The notes: generated by a model not told the origin, from the sequence alone. Counted from the first letter of the stretch, positions 39,698 through 52,096 are shown. The stretch is 64,000 nt of DNA from Schizochytrium sp. TIO01 (GCA_004764695.1 SMSO01000008.1:434001-498000); one strand, 5' to 3'. Numbers and translations are program-made.

Positions 39698-40113
39698 TGC
39701 TGAGATCTCCAATCGAAGGAATTAGTGGACAAAACATTGCCAGAGTTCTTGGTGTCCCTTTGTAAAACCCATAAGAAATAAGGTTTACATTAGAACAAGA
39801 ATATGCAGCCAGATTTATGTGGCTGCTGAAGCCAAGAACTAGAAGTGTGAAGACACATCACCGACACCCAAGCTTGGTTTAGCTTGGATCGATGGTGGAG
39901 AAGGTTGGATAACCTAACCCCATCGATTATCTCTAACCACATTCAAGAATGTCTTAATCTCCCTAATTACTACATGAATCCATCTGTCCTGGAATTCATT
40001 CCTCAGGACAGCAGTTCGCTAACTCTTAAATCAACCTTCTTATAGCCTTCATCAAAGCTTCTTACCTTCATCTTTACTGTAAAACACACTCATAAGCTAT
40101 TATCAATGCTGCA
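39698..40113 (+). repeat. ~400-bp dispersed repeat, copy 5 (TGCTGAGATC...GCTGCA)
   Basis: Colinear with 1386-1793 and 7097-7516; lies between the Rieske and CoA-transferase genes. Confidence 0.85.
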
Positions 40114-40299
40114 ATGGACCTCGTTTACCTTCTGTTTTACCTTCAGTGTTGCCTTTCTCGCCCTCTCACAACCCGACAAAATACAAACCTCAGGTAGAGG
40201 TGCTCTTCATTCACAGGGAAGCATATACGCGTGAGAGCCTGGGCAGCCCGATCAACTCTGCACGCACATACCTGTCAAAATCTCCAAAAATTAAGAAAA

Positions 40300-40540
40300 C
40301 CAGCATGCTTCTCTTTGTCCTCAACGGGCAGCCTCACAGCCAAAGTATCTCGCGCCAGAGACGCTTAGAACCCTTGCGATGGCCTGGCGTAGGTCTTCCG
40401 AGCTGCTTTTCTTATTCGGAGCCTTCGTCGCCACGCCTGCCTTGGCCAAAGTCCCCCTGTTCTGGTTTCATATTGCCCCCTCTAGAGGACTGGTAATACA
40501 CTGGGCAATTAAGATGGCACAATCGTATCTTGGACCGGGT
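40300..40540 (+). mobile_element. Possible retroelement RNase H relic
   Basis: LFWFHIAPSRG.GNT.WAIKMAQ across frameshifts resembles WVPxHxGxxGNExADxxAK. Confidence 0.25.
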
Positions 40541-41200
40541 CGCTGCGTCAGGCGGTGGTGGGCGACGCGAACCCGTGTGGCAACGACAGCCTAAGGAAGA
40601 TGAGCCCCTGAAAACCATGCAAAACGAACCAGCTCAATGAGATGATTATGAAACTGTCTTCATTGCTCTGATTGAGCTTTTGATAGGGGAGATCTATATC
40701 GGTTAGCCCAGTGGCGGACGAACGAGCAGAACTGGACCGCCTTCGGTGACCTTGACACAATTCGGTTGAAAGCTTAGCAGTATTCCTAAGGATGCGCAAA
40801 AGATCAGATCGTCGTGAAGATATTTCCCAAGAATCTATACAAGTTCGCTCTATTTATATTACAGGGTAAGATCTAGCTTATAAAACGATACGCTTGCCCG
40901 AACGAAGTCCAGGGCAGCAAAACTCCAACTCCAACTTAGAGAGAGGCTTATTGGATGTCTGGTGTGTCCCCCTTCCTTAGTTTTAATCAAAGTGAGGAGT
41001 TCTCATCAGGTACTGCTAGTTTTAGTCGTATCCTTAACGAGGAGGAGTTATCTGGACGCCGAACGTGACACCTTTGCTCAGCGGCTCCCATCTGTCGCTG
41101 CCAACCTTTGAAACACAGGCATTCTTATTTAGTTTCTATTCAAGTTTGCTGCATCGTGCAAGCTTCTACTACAGCTGAGATTTCGAGGTAAGAGTACAAG

Positions 41201-43849
41201 ATGCTCTCTCCAAGATGGCGAAGATTCGCTAGCACAGCGGTGATTGCGCTCGTAGCTACAGTTGTAGCTATGAAACTTCGCACAAGAAACCAACTAAAGG
41301 CTCAGACTGCATCAGAAGCAAAACGAAACAAAGTACAACAGCGTGAACGAGATCCTGCACTCGTGAATCCATCAGAGAAGAAACTTTTTACTGGTCTCAG
41401 GGTCGTGGATATGTCGACTCATATCGCAGCACCAAACGTGGGGCGATGCCTTGCCGATTTGGGCGCCGAAGGTAAGTTTTTGATTATCAAATACATTTCT
41501 AGAGTTGAACATGTATTTGGCTGAAGGAAATAGTAATTTGTGTTGCTAGCGTAAACTTTTAGAATCTTGTATAAAGGTGATTTGACAATCATGGAAAATC
41601 TAACAACCCTTTGAGTCAATATAAACACAGTAATTAAAGTCGAAGTTCCCTCCGGTGACCTTATGCGAAGATTATTGGTGGACTTTGAGAAACCACGCAC
41701 CTTTGGCACCATCTTCGAAACACAAAACCTGGGGAAATCCTCGATCGCCCTTGACCTGAAGACGAAAGATGATGTTCAATTCCTTAAAGAGCTTCTGAAG
41801 GACGCAGACATTCTCATTACAAATACTCGCAGAAATTCTCTCGTCAAGCTTGGTTTAACATTTGAAGACCTTCATAGGGAATTTCCACACCTTATTTACG
41901 CGCATGTGAGTGCATGGGGCGTACGGGGCAAAGATGCTGGTCTTCCAGGATATGATATTGGAGCTTTCTGGGCTGGAACAGGACTTGCAGCCATGGTTAA
42001 TACTCCTGAGCGATTCAGCACCTACCCAGGCGCGTTTGGAGATATGACAACAAGCCAGCTTATTCTTTCCTCCATTCAACTGTCACTTCTTGAACGCATG
42101 CGAGGTGGTGTAGGACGAAAAATTGAGTTATCCTTGATCCATGTAGGAACATGGATGCTGGCTCCGCATGTGCTCACGGGCGAACGTTTCCTCGACGGTG
42201 AAGTTCCTGACTACAGTTCAAAGCCTGCTCAACACCTTGTAGACCAGGTGTATGGTACCAAATCAGATACTGTCATTGGTATTCTTTACAAAGGCTCATT
42301 CGCTGATGAAGCAGCTGCTGAGGCTGAACTCCGCGGTGCTTTAGGACTTGATTCTCAAGCTGGCCATCTTGACATCACGAAACGAGTTGCAGGGATGACT
42401 GTTGAGGAAGTTGACGCTGCTCTTGAGAGTTGCTCTCGTCTACGCACGCAACACTACACCAATCTCATTGAGATGTGGGACCAGCTACAGAAGGAGACCA
42501 GCGACCCATCCTATAAACCAAGTAAAGGTTTGGTCGAGCCAACACCACCAGGCTACGACGATGTTCCTCTTATTCCCCGTATCCCATACGAGTATTCTGG
42601 ATATCCCCAGCATGGTTCTCTCTCATGCGCACCTCACATTGGTGAGCACTCTGAATGTATTCGCAAAAACAAGTGGCTGAACGAAGCCTTCGGTCTTCCA
42701 AAGCCAGACAAGGACATCACGAATAAAGCTCCATCAGGTCTTCAATCTACTGACCTTCTCCGCGACATTGTTGTACTAGAAGTGTCCGATACAAAGACGC
42801 GCCACGATGTCGCTATAGCTGCCACGGGGAAACTTCTTGCTGAGGCAGGAGCTAAAGTTCACCGCATTCTTCTTGGCTCTAGTAAGGAAGACTCTCTTCG
42901 GGCGAAAACGGTTGAATCAGTTTATGATCATTACCACGGCATCAAGACTGAGGTTTCATCCAAGCGTGAAATAAAGAAGCTGAAATACAGCGCAAATATC
43001 ATCATTACCGATATGTCCGAAGGGCAGCTCAAGGCTCATGGCCTCGATATAAGTACTCTTCAAGGCTACAAGTCTGACATTGTCATGGTACGGCTCGTAG
43101 GCAACATGACGGATACTGAAGCTGACTTTACTGCCCTATGCTCTGCATATATGAATTATGGAGTTGGCAATGTACTTAGCGGCGAGCCTGCTTTGACCAT
43201 GCCCAGGTTTCCTGAGCATGTTATTGAAAATATCTCAAGTGCATTCCTGTTGAGCGCTTGTACAGGTGGGCTCTTGCATCAGGCGCGCCATAGCACTTCG
43301 CAGACCATTACTGTCAGCTATGCGCGAATCGGCCTGTGGCTTGGACAACTTGGAGCGATTTCAACCTTGCGAACTAAGGATTCGTACAAAATGGTTGCCT
43401 ATGATCGCAGTATTACCAAGAAGAACTACCCAGTGTTCGGTTTCCTATCGCATAAGACCAAGGATGGAGCCTATGTCCAGCTTTTGGGTCTTGATACGAA
43501 GCGGCACCTCCCCAATATCCTCACGTCTTTGAGCTGCAAGTGGAAAACTGCAGCCAAGTCTTTCTTTACATATCTTTTCAAGGTGGATCACAAAGATCCA
43601 GTTCTTCTGCGCAAACTTGACCCACTTTTCATCACCATCAATGAATCCATTGCAGAGAGTTTCTCCAATTTTACTTACAAGGAAATCATCCAGCGTTTTG
43701 ATGCAAATGGTACATGGTATGGCCCAATGCGCATGCCCTCGCAATTGATATCTTACGAACAGCAATGGGACAATGAGGTATTCTCCAAAGGCGAGGCTAG
43801 CGAGGATCATGTTCTTGTGAATACTCCGGTACGCATATTTAACTTTTAA
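41201..43849 (+). CDS. Family III CoA-transferase with two tandem CaiB/BaiF domains and an N-terminal membrane anchor; exons 41201-41471 and 41631-43849 (829 aa)
   Basis: Exon 1 encodes LFTGLRVVDMSTHIAAPNVGRCLADLGAE. Intron 41472-41630 (gtaagt...ctaac...cacag, phase 1) restores canonical GAEVIKVE..GD. Then NLGKSSIALDLK, LIYAHVSAWG, PGYD, PGAFGD (catalytic Asp) and APHIGEHS. The second domain starts LLRDIVVLEVS...LLAEAGAKV. Confidence 0.92.
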
Positions 43850-44776
43850 CTTGTCCAGCAGAAGTATTGCACCATCATCGAATTTCCGCCTTGCACCTTG
43901 CACAATAAGTTGATTTTGCTTGTCTCATTTTCTTTTTTGTTTTGTTTGTTTGTAAACATTTAAATCAACTCGACAAGCAGCAAAATGCGTCTCCTTCGTC
44001 TTTGAATGCGCGCTTTACAGGACCTCGTTGAATCCTCTCCATCAATCACCAGTGTGCTTTTCAGAGGGCTCGCTATCAGCTGGCAAATTTTGTGAGTTCC
44101 TAATATGTCTACAACAGCTTACCTGCCCTTCTTTTCAGATTTGATTGACACGAATGCTAAGCAAGTATTACTTCACAGCATGAACTATTTGTTACTCCAT
44201 CACAGCATCATTTCTGCCAAATCTTCAAAAAAATAAAAAAAATATTACATTGCCTACTTTAGAAATATGAAACATACGCAGCTCGTCATGATATGATATC
44301 TCAGCGTGGCTCAATAGCTTGCTATTTTCGTTTTCCCTAAACGCGAAATAGCCGAGTTATACCATCCATCTGATTCTAAGCAAGAAAAGTACGCGCCGTC
44401 CCTGCTCTGGGCCTATATAGGCATATTTGGGTACTAACCACTACCTATGGAGTGTGATTATATTGATTATTGCAGTTAGTTTCCGAGCAGCCAAACTCAA
44501 AAGTAGCCAAGCGATAGCAAGCAACATCAGCATCAAAGCTACAGGGCCCTCCGCCCGTTGTCATTGGCCACACCCTTTGCGAAAAGAAAAGTACCATCCC
44601 TGATTCCGTCGACAGACTTGTCTGCAAGTGTGCTTTGATCGGTCTTGCCATCGTACAAGGGACGAGCTGTTCGGGGGGGGTTGTCAAACCAAGAACCTTT
44701 TGAGAATCCTTTCAGCACCCAAAGTGGTAGGCAACCAAGGTGAATTTTTCGACAATATCTTCGAGAGAGTCAGAAA

Positions 44777-45766
44777 ATGTCGATCAACACTGAGACTAGC
44801 GGCGTCCCTGTAGTGGACGTGAGCAGCTTTGCACTGGCCGAGGTTCTGCCCATAGAGGTCTCAGAACTCACTCCTGAACAGACCGAAACTGTTTCCGCGT
44901 GGTCCAAGGCCCTGACCGAAGCTGGGTTTGCCGTCGTGATAGGACACGGGCTATCTAATGACTTGTTGAAAGCCGCGTTCGACGGCTCGAGGCACTTCTT
45001 TCTGGACCTAGGCGCCGAGGAGAAGCGGAAATTTCATTATGGACCATACGGCACGCCACAAGGAGGATACACACCTCAAGGTATTGAAGGCGTAGGTAGG
45101 TCCCTGGACCAAGCTGCGGCCCCTGCAGATCTTGTTGAGAGCTATGTCTTCAATGCGGCAGCACGTGCAAACCGAGACTCGCACTATTCGGGTTTGTACG
45201 ACCCAGTGGTGGCGTACGTTGAAAAGGCCACAAGACTCATGCACATTTTGCATCGTGTTTCTGCATTTTCGTTGGGTCTTCGTGGAGACTTTTTCGATGA
45301 GTTTCACACAACACCTGATTCCGTGCTGCGGTGTGCTTGCTACCCGCCACTAGATAATGAAAAGGCGCAGGCAGGTGCGGTGCGGTACTCGGCTCACACA
45401 GACTACACAGGTTTTACAATTCTAGCACTAGAGTCATCATTGAACGGTGGACCACGTGAGGCATCGGGGCTTGAGGTTCACCTCGAAGGAGAGTGGCGCA
45501 GCATTGTATTGCCTACGGAGGGCAACCCGCTTGTGACCAACATTGGTGATCTGTGGCAAGTGTGGACAGCGGGACAATGGAAGTCAACCCTGCACCGTGT
45601 TGTCAACCCGGAAGCTGGCTCGGAGGCCGCCAAGCGTTATAGATTTTCAATGCCTTTTTTTACAGGTCCTAACAAGGAATCTAATATAATGCCGATTGAT
45701 GGCTCAGGAGAGGTTGTGAATGCCGGTGATTACCTTCGCCAGAAGCTTAAAATCACGAATGTTTAA
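44777..45766 (+). CDS. 2-oxoglutarate/Fe(II) dioxygenase (DIOX_N + 2OG-FeII_Oxy, IPNS-like family)
   Basis: 329 aa; VPVVDVS, GFAVVIGHG, HTD...HRV facial triad, RFS 2OG-binding motif, NIGDLWQVWT..WKST. Confidence 0.93.
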   Translation: MSINTETSGVPVVDVSSFALAEVLPIEVSELTPEQTETVSAWSKALTEAGFAVVIGHGLSNDLLKAAFDGSRHFFLDLGAEEKRKFHYGPYGTPQGGYTPQGIEGVGRSLDQAAAPADLVESYVFNAAARANRDSHYSGLYDPVVAYVEKATRLMHILHRVSAFSLGLRGDFFDEFHTTPDSVLRCACYPPLDNEKAQAGAVRYSAHTDYTGFTILALESSLNGGPREASGLEVHLEGEWRSIVLPTEGNPLVTNIGDLWQVWTAGQWKSTLHRVVNPEAGSEAAKRYRFSMPFFTGPNKESNIMPIDGSGEVVNAGDYLRQKLKITNV

Positions 45767-48362
45767 TTCGGGCTTGCCGCACCGAAGATGGTTTAGAGGT
45801 GCTGCCAAGCGGCCGCGTTGGTAGAGCTGTTGTCGAGGCTGTGGTGCCTGAACTGTAGCTAGAGCTCCCGCCATTAGTAACAGAGCTCGCTCCCGCCGGC
45901 TGCCGAGCCTGGTCATATTTAGATTGGGAAAGCTGCTGGTGAGAACCTTCTGATGACTCACTCGAGTACCTACGAGCCGGCTGCTGTCCACTGTATGATG
46001 AAGATATATGTGAAGAAGGCGTGCCTTGCTGCTTCGAGTTACTTGCTGATTTGATCGCAGGTAGCTTGCGCACAGAAGAGTAGTTCCCGACACCGTGATT
46101 GTTATAAGGACTATTCGTATGATTCCCTGTTGTTGAAGTAATACCACCATTCCCATGTGTTCTTGCTACCCTGTCCTTGTTCCTTCGCTTCACTACTTCG
46201 GGCGCATCTTGAATTCCAGACGCTTGTAGAATTTCATGCACCACAGCGATCTCTGGGGCCAATGAAGTATCGACCTCTTCCAATACAATCAAAGTTTGTT
46301 CTACAAAAGCTCTCGTCATAATTCCAGATTGAGTAAACTCGGGCAATGCTTTGCACAAAGCAAGGCGAATGCCAGCAACTCGATCATGTCCTAGGGCGCC
46401 AAGAGCCTCCTCAAGGCGATGCTTTTCAAAAAAGTCAAGATGGCCTCGAAGACCGCGCCCGAGTTCACAACACCAGTAGATGAATAATGATCGCATTGAC
46501 CACTGCGGGGCCTTGCCAAATTCGCATTTAATATCATGCACGAGACGGGCGTCTAGTTGAGATGCAGAGTTGTTTATAACAAACCAGGACAGCGCCCTCG
46601 CGGCAGCAAGTCGTAGAGGCTCTCCGCCGTAACGCATATAATTAATTAATGCAGGTACAGAGCGTTGATGCAAGAGCTTGTCGTCGTATATATCCTTAGG
46701 CAGGTTTATAAGTGTTTCGAGACCCTTCACGCGATATCGCCAGTTATTCTTGACAACGCTGCATTGTGGATCAGGTAGCAAAAGACTCATTGTAATATCA
46801 AACATACTGTCAAGAATGGTTGTTCTCTGCTTCAAGTCTGCAACTAAAAACTTGTCTTGTATTGACAGCCATGAATCAAGAATATTGTTACGTACCTCAA
46901 GCGAGGAATCTTTGCACATAGCTTTAAGCAGGTCTATTAAATGCCGCGAAACCCTTTGCTTACCTAGAATCTCCACAACAGGCTCAATCACTTTGGAGGC
47001 GCAAACTCTAACAATACTCTCTTCATCCGTGCACAGAGCTTCAAAGACCTCTTGTAAATACTTCAGAAAGTTTCCAGCACCAATAGTTTTTAAAACTCCC
47101 GGGAAAATGTAGATGCATACTCGTCTTGTTGTTGGATCTCTGGCACGAGCGTAGCATCTATATGCACCAACTAACTTCGAAAGTGAGGACTTTGGGTCCT
47201 GTATCTCACTTTTCGCATCTGCTTCAAAAGTATAAATCGCGGGTCCGAGAGAAAGAACAAGCTCCCGCACAAGCTGGGCCTCCTTTACATTAAGATCAAA
47301 CCAGCCTTCGTCTTGAGAATAACCCACAAAAGTCTCCACGTGCTTCATGAAAAGAGGTAGAATAGTCTCTTTGAATGAACGCTGAGTGATTGCCTGAGCG
47401 ATTGGCCCAAGGGACGTCATCGCTCCACAGCGAACGTCAACCTCCTCATCCTGAAGCAGCTCTACAAAGTCATTCATTGCATTATTTTCGAACCAAGTGG
47501 GATTTTCAGTAGCTAAGCACCCTATCTCGACTGACATAGCTTGCCTTACTTCTGTGTCAACGTCCTGGCATAAGGCTAGAGTCAAGACTTGAATTTCGCT
47601 GCGCTGTGTATCCGTGAGCCTATCCAAATATTTGACGCGAGCCATAAGGCCCAGTAGTCTCGCTCCAAATGCCCGTGTTCCACTTGATCTAACATTGCTG
47701 AGAGTGCCCTTACACAGACTATGGAAATTGCTCGCCCGTTCGTCGTGTTCTTTAAAATTAATATCTTTGTTTCCAATAAGCTGTTCAATGACAAATAGCA
47801 TACTTTCTAACCCTTGAGCATTCTCCTCGGTTGTTGGCCCGTATGAACTTTGTATTGCGTTTTTTGTACAAAGATCAAGGGCACAAGAAATCATAACTTG
47901 TCTAGTCTCATAGAATCTTGCTGATTCTATGAGATCCATGACATGCTTCATCATGAGACCTCGAATCATCTCGTCGGGATCAGCCATCGAGCTTTGTAAT
48001 AATGGACGCAAACTGCACAAAAATGTTGCAAGGGCTTGACCAGCGCTTCGCCCATCGTTTAATGTTTTGATGTGCAGTGATAGTAAGCTAAAAGCTGCCA
48101 TTTGCTGAAATCGATTTTCGCTGTTAACAAGGATCTTGAGACGTTCATACATGGGTAAATTTTCATCCAAAGTAAGTTTCTCGATCTCCGTTTCATCATG
48201 TAAACCCTCTTGAACTTTGCTAGCCTCGTTTTCGGAGGCTGATCCAGCGAAGGTTTGAGGATCGAAAACGACATCCTCGACAGAGTTTAATGCCCGAGCG
48301 TGGATATCGGTAGCCTGTATACCTGCATCAAAGTCTGCTAACCCTGGAAAATCACTATCCAT
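45753..48362 (-). CDS. PPP4R4: HEAT-repeat protein, protein phosphatase 4 regulatory subunit 4-like
   Basis: 869 aa. EIEKLTLDENL...ER, LCQDVDTEVR, LLQDEEVDVR, LCTDEESIVR, MCKDSSLEVR and NWRYR match PP4R4/PP2A-A type HEAT repeats. The tail is Ser-rich and low complexity. Confidence 0.82.
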   Translation of the reverse strand: MDSDFPGLADFDAGIQATDIHARALNSVEDVVFDPQTFAGSASENEASKVQEGLHDETEIEKLTLDENLPMYERLKILVNSENRFQQMAAFSLLSLHIKTLNDGRSAGQALATFLCSLRPLLQSSMADPDEMIRGLMMKHVMDLIESARFYETRQVMISCALDLCTKNAIQSSYGPTTEENAQGLESMLFVIEQLIGNKDINFKEHDERASNFHSLCKGTLSNVRSSGTRAFGARLLGLMARVKYLDRLTDTQRSEIQVLTLALCQDVDTEVRQAMSVEIGCLATENPTWFENNAMNDFVELLQDEEVDVRCGAMTSLGPIAQAITQRSFKETILPLFMKHVETFVGYSQDEGWFDLNVKEAQLVRELVLSLGPAIYTFEADAKSEIQDPKSSLSKLVGAYRCYARARDPTTRRVCIYIFPGVLKTIGAGNFLKYLQEVFEALCTDEESIVRVCASKVIEPVVEILGKQRVSRHLIDLLKAMCKDSSLEVRNNILDSWLSIQDKFLVADLKQRTTILDSMFDITMSLLLPDPQCSVVKNNWRYRVKGLETLINLPKDIYDDKLLHQRSVPALINYMRYGGEPLRLAAARALSWFVINNSASQLDARLVHDIKCEFGKAPQWSMRSLFIYWCCELGRGLRGHLDFFEKHRLEEALGALGHDRVAGIRLALCKALPEFTQSGIMTRAFVEQTLIVLEEVDTSLAPEIAVVHEILQASGIQDAPEVVKRRNKDRVARTHGNGGITSTTGNHTNSPYNNHGVGNYSSVRKLPAIKSASNSKQQGTPSSHISSSYSGQQPARRYSSESSEGSHQQLSQSKYDQARQPAGASSVTNGGSSSYSSGTTASTTALPTRPLGSTSKPSSVRQARIKHS

Positions 48363-48789
48363 GGCATTTACAGCCTCTTCAGATCACTGTAAAGACTTAG
48401 CATGTGAGGCAAGCAGCTAGCTCGTGCGCTTCCAGAACGGAGGCTGAAGTGATGTCGCTTCTCTTCTTGGCTCTCTAATTCTAATCAATGCCAACCTTAT
48501 TTTTGAATTTTGCGTCGCCTATGATGAAATTTTATTCTTCCAAAGTATAGAGAAGTGACTTGATCGTTTAATCTCGGCGTTTACTCTATTTGATCACTAT
48601 GTTCTTAGTTAGGGCTTTGCTTAGAGATTCACTTTAAATTATCGACGTCAATTACTCTCTGTGTATGCCTTTTCTTTAATGAACGCTCCTGAGAGTACGA
48701 CACGATTGATTTACTTTCTGAATATGGAGTTTAATCTTCTTTCAAACCTTCAGGAGAGTCATTATGAGCAGGCTCTGTAGTCGGTATTC

Positions 48790-49101
48790 GTGGATATGCA
48801 TGGAGTAAGGGGAAAATTGTTTTATTCTCCCAATGTACAATACCAAATTTTATTTTTTTGCTTCATAACTAACTCCTTAGAATGCCTTGTCCTAACGGAT
48901 CTAAGCCAAGGATTTGGGGAGCATGTGATGTGTATCACCTATCCTAACATAAATATCTCTTTTCGCCAACTTGCATTTACCTCTATTCACAAGTCGAACA
49001 CGGGTCCATCTGATTTCGCAAAAGCTCCACCATTATTCACACCTACTGTCACTTCTCCTTTCTATCGACTAATTCTCAAAGAGCCACCGCCGAGAAAGTG
49101 A
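48790..49101 (+). mobile_element. Non-LTR RT fragment (subdomains 1-3)
   Basis: A single frame reads NVQYQIL...ITNSLE...SQGF...RQL...DFAKA, matching NVDYKIL...NRL...QxGF...DFxKAFD. Confidence 0.55.
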
Positions 49102-49269
49102 CAGGTATTCGTTAGAATTGAGTAAAGCTAATCCTAAAACCCTAACCAGTATCAGAGCTACTTATCACACACAAATACACACACCTAAAAAGAGAAAATA
49201 AGATAAATCAACTAGTAAAAATATGACACATAAAGTGCCAAGTATGCTGACAGGCAACCATGGAAGCAT

Positions 49270-49450
49270 GTACTTGTCGTGACCTTTGCTAGCTACAACG
49301 GACAGTATTATGGGAACCCAGGGAATGGTTTCAATCGCTTCTTTTCTATGGTCGATACTCTTATATATGTAGCTATCTGAGACCTTAGTCATGGGGAACA
49401 ACCCTCTCTGTAAAGCGACTGAAGAAGAGCCCAAAGATCGCCGCAATATC
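49270..49450 (-). mobile_element. Possible retroelement RNase H relic
   Basis: VALQRGL...VSDSYIYKSI...IPWVP within ORF 49165..49584. Confidence 0.3.
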
Positions 49451-49898
49451 CGCTCTCTAGCACGTTGACGAGGTAGAGCTTCCAGACGTGCGAATATTCT
49501 ACGTAGTATAGGTGGCCTGGTTGGGCTGCTGGTTAAATTCGTCGAATAGAATTGTGGAAGGAGGGACTGCTTTAGCGGAGGCATCGCTTCAGGAGTGTTC
49601 CAAAGCCACCACCGTCAGCCTTCTCGATTGCTTCTACTACTGCTGAGTGTGCTGCCCAATCGTGAAGTGGGAGACAATTGTAAGGGAAGCATTTAAAAAA
49701 CAGTTTTACTTTGAGCCTGAGCAGTCCTCAAACACTAGGTTGCCACAGCCAAGCTAGACGTAGATACTCAAACCTTTCAAAGCATTCTGCAGAACTTTGG
49801 AGAATATTTGCAACGCAATTCACCTTGAACAAAGTTCAGATAAGAACTTGAAGCCCTTTGTTTGTAGTACTAAGAGGGCCTGATCTGTGAAATTAACC

Positions 49899-50642
49899 AT
49901 GCCTAAACTTGCTATTGTAGCTGTTGTTGCGGCACTCGCCGGTGTCGCGATTGGACTGCGCATCTCAGTGAAACGCGACCAGAAGCGCTCTCAGCAACAG
50001 GATGATGAACAAGCTCGCGCAATTGCCGCTGCTCGACGGAACCTCCGTGATCGTCGTGGAGTATGCGTATTCCTGGGCTCCAAACCTGGGCGACGTGAGG
50101 AGTACGTGATCGCGGCTCGCCAGCTTGGCCAGGAGATTGCTCGGCGTGGGTTTAGCCTTGTGTATGGCGGCGGAGACGTTGGCCTGATGGGTGAGCTGGC
50201 GCGCTCTGTACACGAGAATGGTGGTACAGTTGTCGGCGTCATTCCGCGAGCCCTGGCGCCGCGTGAACTTTCCGGTGTCGGCGTGCAGATTGATAACACT
50301 ATCTTGACCAACACTATGCATGAGCGTAAACAGCTCATGGCAAGCTTTGCTGATGCATTCATTGCCCTTCCCGGTGGTTTTGGTACTATGGAGGAGGTTG
50401 TGGAGGCCATTACTTGGACTCAACTAGGTATCCACGATAAGCCTATGGGCTTACTTAACACAGCAGACTTCTACGGGCCAATGTACGAGTTCTTCAAGCA
50501 GGCCAGTACTGAAGGGTTCATTAATGCTTCTAGCCTAGACATTGTTATCGTTGAGTCAGACCCAGCAAAGATGCTAGAGAAAGTTATGTCTCACCGCCCG
50601 CCCCCGGGACTCGCTACCAACTGGAGCCCGCATTCTATCTGA
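49899..50642 (+). CDS. LOG: LOG-family nucleotide 5'-monophosphate phosphoribohydrolase with N-terminal transmembrane segment
   Basis: VCVFLGS, LVYGGGDVGLMG, MHERK, PGGFGTMEE, W.QLGIHDKP.GLLN. First ATG is at 49899 (the ORF track starts at an upstream GTG). Confidence 0.93.
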   Translation: MPKLAIVAVVAALAGVAIGLRISVKRDQKRSQQQDDEQARAIAAARRNLRDRRGVCVFLGSKPGRREEYVIAARQLGQEIARRGFSLVYGGGDVGLMGELARSVHENGGTVVGVIPRALAPRELSGVGVQIDNTILTNTMHERKQLMASFADAFIALPGGFGTMEEVVEAITWTQLGIHDKPMGLLNTADFYGPMYEFFKQASTEGFINASSLDIVIVESDPAKMLEKVMSHRPPPGLATNWSPHSI

Positions 50643-52096
50643 AATTTTCCTTCCATGCCTGCGTGTACTCATCCTAAATTGTTTGCTCGCAATATTCATG
50701 CCAACAATAAAACCAGCTCTGTCAGCTTAACTTCAATCGTACAGAGCATACATTCCCAACATGGGGGGGCACAAGAATATAATGGAACGGGTACATAGCT
50801 CGCTGCTTGATGTGGGTAGCATAGATGAATAATTTTGTTAGACAGGCTCTGATATAGATAAATTTCCCCCTCCTTTCCTCTGCAAATGGAAAAGATGAGC
50901 ACTTCTTCTTCTTTATCTGCAATGACCTGTGCATTTTTATTCAAGTGAAAGTATTGCTTCGTTACCTTTTTTGTTTACTATTTTTCTTTTTTCTTAAAAA
51001 AAAAATGGAAATGTGAAATTCTAAAACATCTTCATTTGGTCAAACCTTATAATATGCACCCCTTCAAACTCAACAATTTTGACTTTTGCTGGTAATTTAT
51101 CGAATAATTTGTCTTTTCTAAATAGAACTTTCGGTTGCTGCAGTTCATCATTAGAAGACTGAAGATCAAAAAATTTGTTTACTGTAAAAAGCATTGGTTG
51201 AAAAGTTATGATGTGGTAATATGCGCATGCTTGCTAAGTGAAAAACAAGTTTGCACATACTTTAAAAGGGTATAATGCGTGTGATTGATGCAAAGTTGAG
51301 AAGAGAAATACAAAGGGAACAAAGAAATTTTGCGATGCAAAATCGCACGTCGATGAACCAAGCAGCCCCATCGAATCACACATCATCCGCAGATTAAACG
51401 TTTCAGCGTATAAAAGCAAGTTACTCAGCAGAAATAGATGAGACAACACTACTCGTAACTAGTCCGAAGCATCACTTGACCTCGTGATAGGTCACCATTA
51501 AGTTGCACTGGCAGTGTGTAGGCTCACGTGCACTTTATTTATTCTTTAAAAAATAAAGAAGGGAAAATAATACGTAATGAATGATTGGGTACACCGCAAG
51601 CACATGATTTTGCTGAAACGTTGGTCCAACTCGTCGCTCATTGTTGGTTTAGATTGAAATAATATGTATAGACTATTTATTGGCCGCCCCGGCCTTGTTC
51701 GACCGACGAAAGAAGTATTCAGCACTTTGGATTGCTTTTTTCACCTGTCATTCACCTACCTAACATTTGAAAGGTATGTGTGCAACAGTAATCTCACGTC
51801 GGAACCCCGGTTTCCAGGCCGTCAGAGTTCTCACGTGCACGCCAAATCCACTCACTCCCCTGCGCACAGATCAGTGGTCAAACGCAGCGGTGCAGTCCAA
51901 AATAATAATTCATTCATTCACCAATTCAACTCGACAACGATAGCATGAAATGAAACGCTGCAATTATGTAGATCATCCTTCAATACAGCCAGGAGTTTCC
52001 TTGCGGCGTAATGAATGAAACCTACATCTGATGAAGTATAAAATGAATCACTGCGAAGCATCGCGGATTCAACAGGATAAAAACAAATAATACTCT

